Made by a program: the position numbers and the translations under genes | The notes under the pieces: generated by a model | The model's input: the letters and a program-made list of their open reading frames with translations, nothing else | Told to the model about the DNA's origin: nothing | The model's database searches: none | Origin: Seison nebaliae | Taxonomy: Eukaryota | Direction: 5' to 3' | DNA length: 64,000 nt | NCBI GenBank assembly: GCA_023231475.1 | Contig: JALJEE010002473.1 | Coordinates: 1 to 64,000, forward strand | Shown: in pieces, positions 1 through 11,277 of the stretch | Layout: each line of letters starts with the position of its first letter | Position numbering within the stretch: position 1 is the stretch's first letter

Positions 1-66
1 TAAAGTCAATTTATTATATTTATTTCCATAAACATGAAGCAAATTATAAAAAATTTTTTATTAATT

Positions 67-340
67 GGTGACGAAATCACCGAAATACAGCTAAATGGGT
101 GACGAAATCATCGAAATACAGCTAAATGGGTGACGAAATCATCGAAATACAGCTAAATGGGTGACGAAATCACCGAAATACTCTAAAAACGGTGACAAAA
201 TCACCGTTTAATGAAAAATACGCAAAATTTAGGTTCACAAATTTTTCCAGGGTAACGAAATCACCGAAATACTCTAAAAACGGTGACGAAATCACCGATT
301 TTCACTTAAAAACATACGGTGACGAAATCACCGGTCACCC
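67..340. repeat. Minisatellite of a hairpin core GGTGA-CGAAA-TCACC (8 copies, mostly 31-nt period); probably the subterminal repeat array of a foldback/MULE-like element end
   Basis: Core copies start at 67, 98, 129, 160, 191, 251, 282 and 318 (some with 1-nt variants). GGTGA and TCACC are reverse complements. The array ends in ...TCACCGGTCACCC. Confidence 0.85.
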
Positions 341-571
341 AGAAAATGTTAGTAAGGTATAAAATCATAATTTGATTTAGGAGCGCTAGCATAAGAACTT
401 CTTGACTCTTTATTTAATAATTCATACATAAATCCTAAGCCCTGGCACTTCCATGTTGAATAAATGTTATGGAATTGATATAGAAAATTGAACAATTTTT
501 ATAAAATGAAATAAAGTGAAATAAATAAACATTTTTCCCCATTATAAATAAATAATAAAGTGGAGTGAAGA

Positions 572-1513
572 ATGGTCGAAGAAAATGGAAAAATTGGAAA
601 TGATTCAAAGAAATTTGGAAATCGATATTTAATTAACGAGCAAGATTTATTTAATGAGAATGCGTGGGATGATTATGAATGGACTGAAGAAGAATTGAAT
701 GAAGCAAGTAATAAGATTAATAACCAAAGAACAAATTTGATGAGTAATGATAAGTCGATGGAATTGTTAAGTAAACCTGAGAAATATTGGAATGAATTCT
801 ATTCGAAACACAATAATAAATTTTTCAAAAATCGAAGATGGCTCCAACATGAATTACCGGAACTATTTAGCCGTATCGAACATGAGAGATTGAATATTTT
901 GGAAGTTGGTTGTGGTGTGGGAAATATGTTACGTCCTCTTTTTGATTTGAATAAATTGAATAACGAAACTAAATTCTTTTGCATTGATCATGCACCGGAA
1001 GCAGTGAAAATATTGAAGGATGATTTACGCACGAACAAATATTATCAACAAATTGAAACATTAACTTTTGACATTCGACAAATTGGAAAAGAGAAAAATG
1101 AGTTTAATAAAAAATTTGGAAATATTCAATTCGACTATATATTTCTCGTTTTTACTTTAAGTGCAATTCATCCTCAACATCATTTCTTGATATTAAATGA
1201 ATTAAGTAAAATTTTATCAAGAAATGGAATTATTTTCTTTCGCGATTATTCTTTTCGTGACTTGACGCAATTACGAATGAAAAATGGTAAATGTATCAAT
1301 TCCAATTTGTATAGTCGAGGTGACGGAACATTAGTTCATTTTTTTGAGAAAGATAAATTTGAAAATATCATTCAACAAACCAATAAATTGGTAATAAAAC
1401 AATTGAACATTGATTCACGTCTATTAGTAAATCGAAAGAATAATATTAAGATGAAACGATTATGGCTACAAGGAAAAATGATGAAAAAAAATGAACTAAA
1501 TTCTCCTCAATAA
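572..1513 (+). CDS. METTL2: tRNA N3-methylcytidine methyltransferase METTL2-like (intronless)
   Basis: N-terminal FGNRYL..D.F.ENAWDD typical of METTL2; YWNEFY..H..KFFKNRRWL..E.PEL; SAM motif LEVGCGVGN; FRDY..DLTQLR; Y.RGDGT.V.FF; NRK..KMKRLWLQGK. Confidence 0.92.
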   Translation: MVEENGKIGNDSKKFGNRYLINEQDLFNENAWDDYEWTEEELNEASNKINNQRTNLMSNDKSMELLSKPEKYWNEFYSKHNNKFFKNRRWLQHELPELFSRIEHERLNILEVGCGVGNMLRPLFDLNKLNNETKFFCIDHAPEAVKILKDDLRTNKYYQQIETLTFDIRQIGKEKNEFNKKFGNIQFDYIFLVFTLSAIHPQHHFLILNELSKILSRNGIIFFRDYSFRDLTQLRMKNGKCINSNLYSRGDGTLVHFFEKDKFENIIQQTNKLVIKQLNIDSRLLVNRKNNIKMKRLWLQGKMMKKNELNSPQ

Positions 1514-1604
1514 ATTCGAAAGAGATTTCTTATGGAAATGATTTTATTTTCATTTTTTTATTTTACGACTTATTTTTTTTTGACTGAATCCTTTTTACCT
1601 TACA

Positions 1605-2181
1605 ATGTACAAAAACGATCTATTATTATTTTCCACCATTTTCCTTTCCATTCACTTCATTAATAATATGAGTTACTTCTCCTCATTGTCATCAAGTAAG
1701 AAAACATTTCTCTAGTTATTGTCGAGAAGAGTGTAATAATTCGAGATATAGCTGAACATGGCCCTCAACGTAATCTATTCAAATCTGAGAAATTTTCTAA
1801 AGAATTAGATATGAAAAATCGTTCGAAAGAATCTTACGAATATAAAATGGGTAATGACACATTTCTGAAAGTTTTCTAAATAATTTCTTCAAATAATTCC
1901 AAATGATAATCAGGATGTAAATGTGGAGAAAAATTCAACGGACCGAAGAGTTATAGGTAATGTAGTAGAAGAAAATATAAAAGATCATAAAAAAGTTTAA
2001 ATTTTCTTTAATTCTCTATATTGAAATGGAGATTTCTTAGAAAATTACTCTTATTAATGAAACGAGTCCAGATGTGAGAACAAAAATGGGTAATAATAAT
2101 AATTTTAATCCTTATAATGATGATAATTTGATGAATATTGCGTTTGAGAAAGCACAAATCCAAAAACCAAAGAAACTTTAG
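1605..2181 (+). CDS. Orphan 4-exon protein (~147 aa) with a hydrophobic N-terminus (putative signal peptide); absent from the ORF track
   Basis: Exons 1605-1671, 1716-1870, 1914-1994 and 2041-2181 are joined by GT-AG introns of 44, 43 and 46 nt. The frame stays open from MYKNDLLLFSTIFLSIHF to ...QIQKPKKL*. Confidence 0.6.
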
Positions 2182-2569
2182 TTCGAAGTTATTTTCTAAT
2201 GAAATTGTTACAAAACAATTTTACAATTTTTAAAGTTTTCAATAAAAATGTTGTTCTCATTATAAATGAAATCTAATAATTTCTTCTTCAAAATCTATTT
2301 TTAAAGTTTGTTACGGTTGTTAGAAATTCTTAAACTTTTCTTAAAGTTTCATAACGAAAACTGAGTAGAATATGCATATAAATAAATGATGCATTACCGA
2401 AATTTTAACAGGTTATTAATAAAACTACTTTGTTCAGACATATGGTGAATTTTGGCGAAATGTTGGAAGAGAAAAGTAATTTTATTATCTTAGCAATTAG
2501 TAAGGCCATGAATTTTAACTTTTTTTCCTTTAATTTTCATTATTTCTTAACAACCTTCAAAATGATTGT

Positions 2570-2583
2570 GTTGCCATGGGAAC
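2570..2583. promoter_or_regulatory. RFX X-box motif ~700 nt upstream of KIF17
   Basis: GTTGCC-AT-GGGAAC fits the X-box consensus GTNRCC-N0-3-RGYAAC / GTHNYY-AT-RRNAAC and lies upstream of a ciliary IFT kinesin. Confidence 0.5.
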
Positions 2584-3289
2584 ATTATGAACACCTATAG
2601 AAATGGAAGATTTTCTGACAATGCTTTGATTTAATATATCATAATCGTGTAGGACTATTAGTCACATACATGTAGTTCATCAGTTTCGAAAAATTGTTGT
2701 TTTCATAACATGAAGCTAACGAAGTTTTTTTTGGTACTATTCATGTAAATAAATATGGAAAATAAATAAGGTTGATTAATGGGAAAGTTTTCCTTACCAA
2801 TCTCCTTCATTGTGTGGAGGCAACTTCCCTCTTTTTAATTTATTCGGAGAAAATATATAAACATATGTCATGTGTCCAAAAGAAGTTGATTGAGCAGTGT
2901 CTCAAAAAATAAAATCGGAAACTTACTAAATGAGAAAAGTTTCTAATAGGAAGCATTGAACTAAAGCAGAATATCATTTAATGAATAGAGACCATATACA
3001 GTCCATGAGCATTGACTGCATGTGTTATCGCTTTCCTTTCATACTTTTCTTTCACTTAAATCAAATGAATTTATACGAAAACAATATTTTTAAAGATAAA
3101 ATTTTCGTAAAATTATTTGGGACAATTTAATTTCTTTATATAACTCTATATACTCATGTGTCATTGCCACATTTTTTTGTTCTATTCTGTTTTTCCTCCA
3201 ACTGTTTTCTATAAATTCTACCTAACAATTTTCATTAATTTTCCATCATCCACTCATTGATTATTTAATCAGATGAACAGATAGATACA

Positions 3290-5801
3290 ATGGCCGAAGC
3301 AGTTAAAGTTTTAGTTCGCGTTCGTCCAATGAACGAACGTGAACGTTCAAAAAATTGTAAAGTTCACATTCCTTCATACACTAATTGGCAACATTGTTAA
3401 TTTGTTTAGGATATTGTCAGAATGGACAGTCAATATAATCAATGTCAACTGTTGCCAATTGAAAAAAATAAAACGGCCAAATCGTTCACATTTGACGGAG
3501 TTTATGATATTAAATCTATAACCGAAACAATTTATGAAGATACAGCATCAATAATTGTTGATAGTGTTTGAAATTTTTAATAATATTTTTAAAAATCTAT
3601 TTCATCTTTAGGTAACTGAAGGATATAATGGCACGATATTTGCATATGGCCAGACTGGTTGTGGTAAATCATTCACTATGCAAGGTATCATCAAACCGAA
3701 AACACAATTAGGTATTATTCCACGTGCATTTTCAGTTATTTTCTTAAGAAAATCATTCATTCATCACCATTTTCTTTAGCACATTTTCGATAAAGCGTTA
3801 ACAACATCTGATGGGAGTAAATATTTGATAACAGTTTCTTATCTGGAGATTTATAATGAAAAAATTTCAGATTTATTAAGTTTGAATAAGAACCTTAGTC
3901 TTCATGTTAGAATATTTCGAATAGAAACAGATAATTTACGTAATCTCATTTAGGAGTCTCCTGATACCGGTGTTTATGTGAAAGATTTGACGATACATGA
4001 ATGTGATTCAGTTAGATCGTGTGAGAAACTGATGGACAAAGGATGGAAAAATCGATCGGTTGGTGAGACAGCCATGAACGCTGATTCATCAAGATCCCAT
4101 TCGATTTTCATTATTACTGTCGAAAGATCAGAAACTGATGGAGGCGGAGAACAACATTTCAGGAAAGGTTGTCTGAATCTTGTGGATTTAGCTGGAAGTG
4201 AAAGACAAGTAAAAACTGGTAAATTTTATTATAGAATTAATTTAAATTCAATTAAATCTCCTTCGATTAGAGTCAACGGGCGATCGTTTTAAAGAAGCGA
4301 CTCACATCAATTTCTCACTCTCAGCATTAGGTAATGTCATTTCGGCATTGGTTGATGGAAAGTCGAAGCATATTCCTTATCGGGATTCTAAATTAACTAG
4401 ATTATTACAAAACTCTTTAGGTGGAAATACTAAAACTTTAATGATTGCTGCCTTATCACCAGCTGATGATAATTATGATGAAACTCTATCAACTTTACGA
4501 TATGCGAACCGTGCCAAAAATATTAAAAATAAACCAAGAATAAATGAAGATCCAAAAGATGCAATGCTTCGGGAATATGCTGAGGAAATTGAAAAGTTGA
4601 AGAATATGTTAGCAGGCAAACAAGTTTGAAATATTCTTAATTTATTAAAATTCTAAAATATTGTGAATAGCCGGTACAAAACGACAATTTTGAAGAAGAA
4701 CGTGAAAGAATGGAAATCGAACATGAAGAGGAAGTTAATCGACTACGAGAAATGATGAAGAATGAGAAAAAGGGTAAACAAGAATTAGAAGTTTATTTTT
4801 CCTCAATTTTATTTTCTATTCTAATACATAATTTTCAGAAACAAATTCAAAAATTGAATTCGAATTACGAAAAGAAAATGAGCATAATCAATGAAAGTTT
4901 GTCAAATTATTTACGATAAAAATATTCTGAGTTCTATACAATTATGACAGATCTACCAGAAAGTGTTGAGAAACGGTTAGAAGAGATTAAACGACATATG
5001 GTGGGAGGAGAAGAAGTAAATAATATGGAGAAGAAGAAACATTTGAATATGATGAAAAACCGTGCGAAAGAACGACGTGATAAAATTCTTAATACAATTC
5101 GAGCGGCAGAAAATGACGACGAATTATTGGTGAATGTTTATGATTCTATTCAACAAGAAGCAGCAGAAAAGACGAAAGCTTTAAAAAGAGCTAAAGAAAA
5201 GATTAATGAATTGAGAATTGAAGCTAGAGATCTCCAGACCGAATTTCAAGAGGAGCGTGAAATATTTCTATCAGATTTGCGAGAGAGTAATCGTAAAGTG
5301 AATTTATATCAAAATATTTTAGATCGAATTCAACCACTTATAAGAAACGATTGTAATTATAGCAATTTAGACAAAATAAAACATCAAGCCATTTGGGATA
5401 ATGAAACTGAAAGCTGGAGATTACCACCGGTTCGAATTGAAGACAACTCTTTGCCCAAAATGAATTCTGCAACTCCATTAAATGAACATTTGTTGGTACC
5501 AGACAATTCTGTTCATTATTCGAATAGCGTCCAAAATTTACATCGAATAAAAATGGAGGAATCATTCATTAACGAGGAGCAGAATAGGAAACTTAACGAA
5601 AAGTTTTTCAATGGCATTACTCCCAACCAAGATCCGAGTCAAATTTATCGAACTAAATCGAAAAATTTGATGGAAATGAATCTGGTCTCTGATATTAATA
5701 ATTACCATCCAACTTATTTAGAACGTTCAACTAATCCCAACAGTAAATCGATGAAAAATGCTAAACAGGCTCTTGGACTTGGTGGTCGTCGTCGGTACTA
5801 A
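3290..5801 (+). CDS. KIF17: Homodimeric kinesin-2 (KIF17/OSM-3), 9 exons
   Basis: Start [14 protein letters not shown]-loop YGQTGCGKS; switch motifs SSRSH and [26 protein letters not shown]17-type tail [16 protein letters not shown]. Eight short GT-AG introns restore the frame. Confidence 0.93.
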
Positions 5802-6175
5802 CATAATTAGAACTTCGGTATTTCCCTGCTTCTTAATTTAATTGAAATTCACGAAATTTTTATTTTCATCGTGAAAACTTATCGATCAAATATTCTCGTT
5901 TTATTTCAATTTTTAATTGAGTTTATACGTATCTTATTCCTCCATCTTTCTCATTTCGATTGACAGAATCTATTTAATTTTATTATGAAATTTGACGTTA
6001 ACTTTATAGGAATAAAATAAATTGAAATAGATGGAATAGTGTCATATGGAATGGATTATGAATGATTATCAGTTGTGGAAGAAGTCTGAAAACGGAACAA
6101 CCAGATACGAATAATAACAAAAAATATATATTAAAGAGAAGTTTAAAAGATTCGTTTATGAAAAATTTCTAATTG

Positions 6176-6798
6176 TTAACGTTGTCTTCCATATCCTCGT
6201 AACATGAATTTTACAAATTCCGAATAATTCACTTGCTTCTTATTATCGATACCTGCAGTTCGGAATAATTCATCAGCTGAATAAATTTAATTGAAGAAAT
6301 TTCTATTTATAAATAATCGAATTTAAAAAAAAAAACGGAACCTTCCAGATTCGATAACGGTTCTCCCGTTGAACACAGTCGTTCCTTCAATTCAGTTAAA
6401 CTGATCGTTCCCGTTCCTTTTTTATCATACATTCGGAAAGCTTTCAACATTTCTTTCTCACAATTATCTTCTACATTTCGTTGACGATTGATGATTTCTA
6501 GAACTTGATCAAATGCAACACCCTTATTCTCTTGTTTGTAGTAATCAGCAAAGTATCGTCGTAATTCAACGATTGTTGGTATGAAATTTAATGATCTGAG
6601 AATTTGACCCAATTCCTCGGCTGATTGTACCATTCCACTTTTAGCGTACAAATTGAAGCATGAACGGTAGTCTGATAGTTTTAGTTAAAGTTTCAATGTT
6701 AAAAGAATAAAAAAAACTTTCGATATCTTTTGCCGCGAAATATTTTGACTGAAATATTAATGAAATTGAGATGGTTATGATAAAGAAAATTTAACCAT
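6176..6798 (-). CDS. CALML4: Calmodulin-like protein 4, 4 exons (first coding exon is ATG only)
   Basis: Spliced product M|SKYFAAKDIE|NYRSCFNLY...LRSLNFIPT...AFRMYDKKGTGTIS...GEPLSNLE|ADELFRTAGID...VNYSEFVK. Degenerate EF-hands and the N-terminus resemble CALML4 (MAKFLSQDQINEYKECFSLY). Confidence 0.8.
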
Positions 6799-7139
6799 AA
6801 TTTTAATGAAGTTTCCGATAAATTAATAATTTATTTACTAAATGAATAATTTTTATCCGTATTGACCCGATTATGAGACGTTCTAGATAAGGGAAAATTG
6901 AAGAAATTATTAATAGAAGTAAAACGAAGTTTATCTCTAATATTCCCATTTCTATTCCAAAGCTTTATAATTTATTTTTCTATAGGTTAGTTTAAATTAA
7001 TATCAATAAATTTTGTTTTATCATCTCAAATGATTTGACGGAGTAATTTGTTGTTTAAAAAAGAATGATAGAAGTTGAACAAAGACAAGTCGACGAGTGA
7101 GGACAACAGAACATTTATTTTGAAAAACGAATTAGGAAA

Positions 7140-7736
7140 CTAACGAAATATTTTGTGCAATTGCCAGAAAAAGAGAAATATTGCAACAAAAATTAGTCTA
7201 GTAAATGGAATGTTTAAGATATATTTTATTGTGATATATGTTACGATGACACACAAACCATATTGTCGAAATTTTCCAAAAGAATGTATTATGTAGTTCA
7301 ACCAACGTGATTTCTTTTTTTTCAATTCTAACTTTTCAGATTTCTCAACTTCATCGACTGATAATTTTTGCTTTAGTTCCATTTCACTATCTTTGAGATA
7401 TGCATCATGATTCTTCAAATATTTATCTAATAAATTATTCATTTTTGTCAGTTTATTCTCAAGTTGTGAATAACGTTCAATCATCGAATTATGTGTTTCA
7501 CTAATTGAACATCGATGACTCGAACATCTACTGTGTCTCAACGTTAACGATTTACTACTTCGAGTCACATTGTCATGTGGGGTGGTCCTTCGTCGATTTC
7601 TTCTCCTACGATTGTGTTCTCCTTCAGATAATTCCCTTGCAGTGCCAACCACTTGTGGCATGATTCTTTTCGTTCTCTCGTAAGTTGAACAATTGAATAT
7701 ATTGTCTCCAAAAAAACCGAAAGACTTATCAGACAT
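7140..7736 (-). CDS. Orphan protein: Arg-rich patch, coiled coil, two C-terminal hydrophobic segments
   Basis: 198-aa ATG ORF in AT-rich DNA; HNRRRRNRRR; heptad-like YSQLENKLTKMNNLLDKYL; C-terminal YGLCVIVTYITI and LIFVAIFLFFW. Confidence 0.6.
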   Translation of the reverse strand: MSDKSFGFFGDNIFNCSTYERTKRIMPQVVGTARELSEGEHNRRRRNRRRTTPHDNVTRSSKSLTLRHSRCSSHRCSISETHNSMIERYSQLENKLTKMNNLLDKYLKNHDAYLKDSEMELKQKLSVDEVEKSEKLELKKKKSRWLNYIIHSFGKFRQYGLCVIVTYITIKYILNIPFTRLIFVAIFLFFWQLHKIFR

Positions 7737-7890
7737 TTACGAGAAAATTAGAAACAAAGTAAACAAAATAAAAGGAAAAAAGAGAAAACGAAAGAAAAAA
7801 GTTATTGTGAGAAATTTCTATTTTAAATTTATTACAATTGTTGTGGAGCAATTTTTTATGTGTTGACGATGGGAAAATCAAATTCTTCTC

Positions 7891-8370
7891 TTATTCGTCA
7901 TTGGCTACTAAGTTGCTCAAATAATTAAGATATCTACAAAATACTCCTCCAACACCATGAGTTTCATTTCGATTGGAAAAGATAATACAAGTAGCAATCA
8001 TGAAAAAGAATAAGGACCAAGTGCTCGTTGTTACTGTAGCAATTCCAATGAAGAATAGAATAAGGAAAGGAAAGAGATCATGTAAAATTCCAGCAACGTA
8101 AGAAATACAACTGGAAGTACAATTTTCCGAACTTGTTGTTGGACGTGCCTTCGGAGTTGCAGGCGTTTGATCTTCCAACATCTGATAAATGTCTGCCAAC
8201 TGTCCAACTATATTATGCATCATAGCCTTCTCATTCTTCTCACGACATTTCTTCTCTTGAGCATCACCAAAATATCCTGAAAATAAATCACAGTCATCTG
8301 GAGTTGCATTATTATTCTTCGATTTTCGACCATTTTGTTTACGTTTCGATCTATAAAAAGAATTCATCAT
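7891..8370 (-). CDS. Orphan protein: basic N-terminus, C-terminal transmembrane hairpin
   Basis: 159-aa ATG ORF; RSKRKQNGRK; hydrophobic LFPFLILFFIGIATV and WSLFFFMIATCIIF. Confidence 0.6.
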   Translation of the reverse strand: MMNSFYRSKRKQNGRKSKNNNATPDDCDLFSGYFGDAQEKKCREKNEKAMMHNIVGQLADIYQMLEDQTPATPKARPTTSSENCTSSCISYVAGILHDLFPFLILFFIGIATVTTSTWSLFFFMIATCIIFSNRNETHGVGGVFCRYLNYLSNLVANDE

Positions 8371-8392
8371 TAGCTATTCAACATAAACGAAA

Positions 8393-8665
8393 TTAATTTA
8401 TGGTGATTGCTAACCGTCGTTGTCGACTGGATACTCGACTCCGAGTAGAACGACTACGATTCTTTCTATTTCTACTCGTTTTTTGTACAGGTTGTCTTTT
8501 TGCAGGTTTTACTACTTTCCGCGGAGTACTTGTTGGCTTTCTTTGTTTTCTTTTTTTAACACAAATATTGTTAGGTCTCGGTTTCGATTGACGATTCCGC
8601 TCAACTTTTGGGCGGTACGCTGTCCCAAGATTTGGAGTCCAGGGTTCATTTGGATCAAGATCCAT
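8393..8665 (-). CDS. Small, highly basic (K/R/S/P-rich) orphan protein, protamine-like or H1-tail-like composition
   Basis: 90 aa from the ATG at 8665; 28 K+R by hand count; RNRKNRSRSTRSRVSSRQRR. Confidence 0.5.
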   Translation of the reverse strand: MDLDPNEPWTPNLGTAYRPKVERNRQSKPRPNNICVKKRKQRKPTSTPRKVVKPAKRQPVQKTSRNRKNRSRSTRSRVSSRQRRLAITIN

Positions 8666-9155
8666 TACCAATAATTAATCTAGTGAAAAATGCGAACGAA
8701 AAGAGGTAAAAAGAAAATTACAAACAAAAATAAAAAAAAATATAATAAAAATTTTTCTACTTTTGCGTTTAGTTTCAATCATAGAAATTTGTATTGTCCA
8801 TTCTTTGAAATATTTCTATTTCTCGTTTCTTCATTTCTCAATCTCATCTACTGTATTAGTAATCTCAAAAATTATTTGGTAATTTATTAAAAATTTATTT
8901 ATTCATATTAATTATCTTACTCATAAGAATTGAAGAGGGAAATGGAACAAAGAAATTTTTAATTATGTTATAGAATTTTGATATTTTTCTTTTGAAATTT
9001 CTATTTTGAATAGAAACACTTGCCACATCTGGTTAGCTTAGGAAACAGTTGATAATGAATGATAATTTAGAAGGGTTGAATGATTGATAGTAAATTTAGA
9101 AAGGGAAATAATTTTAATTTGAAGCTTTTACCGTTTTGAAAATTCTGTTAAAGAA

Positions 9156-10808
9156 ATGAAATGTATAGTGAAGTCTTCGAATGTATTGATAACGGTCGTA
9201 TGTTCGGCATTGTTACTTCGCTTACTAATTGCACAATATCCGCACAGTGGTATGAATAAACCACCGATATATGGCGATTATGAAGCGCAGCGTCATTGGC
9301 AAGAAATTACGTATTCGTTACCAATGAATGAATGGTATCCGTCAGAATTGCGGAATAATTCTTTTGTTATCGATAATGATCCGAATTATTGGGGACTTGA
9401 TTATCCTCCATTAACAGCATATCATTCCTACATTTTGGGATGGATTAGTGAGAATGTTTTCAATAGAACTGAATGGATTAAATTATATGAATCGAGAGGA
9501 TATGAAAATGTCGAACATAAAATATTCATGCGAATTTCAGTCATCGTCACTGACTTTCTCTTTTATTTTTTTCCTCTCTTATATTTTATAATGAAATTAA
9601 CTTCAATGAAAGAAAGTGATAACAATTCGATTCGAAATCAAGTCATTTGTCTTCTACTAATAATTGTGGAGCCGAATATCAATTTAATCGATCACGGACA
9701 TTTCCAATACAATTCCATTTCATTAGGATTATTCATAATTTCCACGTTGTTCTTTTTGGAGAAATCGTCGAGCACAATCATCATATTCTCCTCCTTCTTT
9801 TTCACACTGGCTCTCAATTATAAACAAATGGAATTATTTCATGCCATTCCAATATTTCTTTTTATTCTTATGGAATCTTATCGGCAGAGGAATTTCAGTT
9901 TCATCATTTATGCTGCATTTACTGTTTTGATTACTACACTGATAATTTGGTTGCCATTAATAATGAAAATATCATTTATTCATCTCTTATCCAATATTGA
10001 TCAATTGAAAGTATCTGATGTAATTTATATAGAATATTTGAAAATTATAATTAATCGAATATTTCCTATACAACGATCATTGTTCGAAGATAAAGTATCC
10101 AACTTTTGGTTTCTCATTTCAATATTCGTCAAATTAAAACAATTCCTACCAATCAACCAACTAGTCACAATGAGCACAATCGTGACATTCTCTGCCTTAT
10201 TACCAGGAATTATCATATTTTTGAAATCATCTTGTCATTATGGGAAATATTCAAAGAAATTCGAAAATTATCTTTTCCTCCAAATATTAAGTAGTCTCTC
10301 ATTCTACTTATTCTCTTATCAAGTACACGAAAAATCAATATTATTGGTGAATACACCAATCATTTTGTTGTTCATTTATTCGAAATTAAATGGAAGACCA
10401 TCGAAAAATCGTTCATATCTTCAATTTCAACGTGAGAAAGAAGAATTTTGTTTATTTTTCTTGTCACTTTCATTATTCTCGATGATGCCATTATTATGTA
10501 AGGATGGATTAATTATTCCTTATATCTCATTCAAAACAATGTTCTTTGTTCTACAACAATACTACACGGGAATTCATAAATCATCAATTTTTAGATTATA
10601 TACAATCTTGAGATTTTTCGGCGAGAATTTTTTCTTGTTTTCTTATTTCTATTTTCCAATTACATTTCTCTCGTTATACATTCCCTTCCTCACCTCCTTA
10701 CCACATCTATATGAAGTGATTTTATGCATTTATTGTTCTCTCCATTTCATATTTTTTTATTTTTATTTCATCTCATTATTCAAACGATTATTAATTCAAA
10801 AAACTTAA
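9156..10808 (+). CDS. ALG6: Dolichyl-PP-Man9GlcNAc2 alpha-1,3-glucosyltransferase (intronless)
   Basis: PP.YGDYEAQRHWQEIT, YWGLDYPPLTAYHS, SRGYE, LIDHGHFQYN, ALNYKQMEL, R.FP..R.LFEDKV.NFW, LFSYQVHEKSILL. Confidence 0.96.
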   Translation: MKCIVKSSNVLITVVCSALLLRLLIAQYPHSGMNKPPIYGDYEAQRHWQEITYSLPMNEWYPSELRNNSFVIDNDPNYWGLDYPPLTAYHSYILGWISENVFNRTEWIKLYESRGYENVEHKIFMRISVIVTDFLFYFFPLLYFIMKLTSMKESDNNSIRNQVICLLLIIVEPNINLIDHGHFQYNSISLGLFIISTLFFLEKSSSTIIIFSSFFFTLALNYKQMELFHAIPIFLFILMESYRQRNFSFIIYAAFTVLITTLIIWLPLIMKISFIHLLSNIDQLKVSDVIYIEYLKIIINRIFPIQRSLFEDKVSNFWFLISIFVKLKQFLPINQLVTMSTIVTFSALLPGIIIFLKSSCHYGKYSKKFENYLFLQILSSLSFYLFSYQVHEKSILLVNTPIILLFIYSKLNGRPSKNRSYLQFQREKEEFCLFFLSLSLFSMMPLLCKDGLIIPYISFKTMFFVLQQYYTGIHKSSIFRLYTILRFFGENFFLFSYFYFPITFLSLYIPFLTSLPHLYEVILCIYCSLHFIFFYFYFISLFKRLLIQKT

Positions 10809-10818
10809 TTATTAGATT

Positions 10819-11277
10819 ATGAGTCTTTTTAGAAGAATTTATCATTTACCAAAAACACTTCGACTCATCTCTACCAAACCGGCATTGATGAAAGGATTTG
10901 AAGATGATCGGAAGAAAATTTATCGACGAGAAGTTGGTGAAGAAATTAAAGTGGAAACTGTTCGTCCAGTTGATGAAAAAGGATTAACATGGATATCACA
11001 CGGATTCTCTTTTCGTGATCGTATTTTTGATGAATGGTTGATGAGAAATATTCTCGTAACATTCTTCATTACTGTTACCGTCGGAGGCATTCTCATTTTG
11101 GGATATGAACCAGATAGGAAATTAAACGAATGGGCGCAACGTGAAGCGTTTCTGGTTATCGAAGAACGGCAACGAAACAACTTGCCATTTATCGCTTACG
11201 ATTATATACCTAGAAGTCGTATGGAGAAGCAATTACCGCCAGATGATGAAGTGGATGAGAAGGATCTTATTTTGTGA
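10819..11277 (+). CDS. NDUFB11: Complex I subunit NDUFB11 (ESSS), intronless
   Basis: Mitochondrial-type leader; WISHGF...D; a single TM segment; Y.PD..L.EWAQREA; P.I..DY.P...M...LP.D.E. Confidence 0.85.
   Translation: MSLFRRIYHLPKTLRLISTKPALMKGFEDDRKKIYRREVGEEIKVETVRPVDEKGLTWISHGFSFRDRIFDEWLMRNILVTFFITVTVGGILILGYEPDRKLNEWAQREAFLVIEERQRNNLPFIAYDYIPRSRMEKQLPPDDEVDEKDLIL

Noticed and set aside
67..340. CRISPR array (palindromic repeats with spacers)
   Set aside because: Eukaryotic context, a 15-nt repeat, spacers mostly identical to one another, and no cas genes. It is a minisatellite or TE end.
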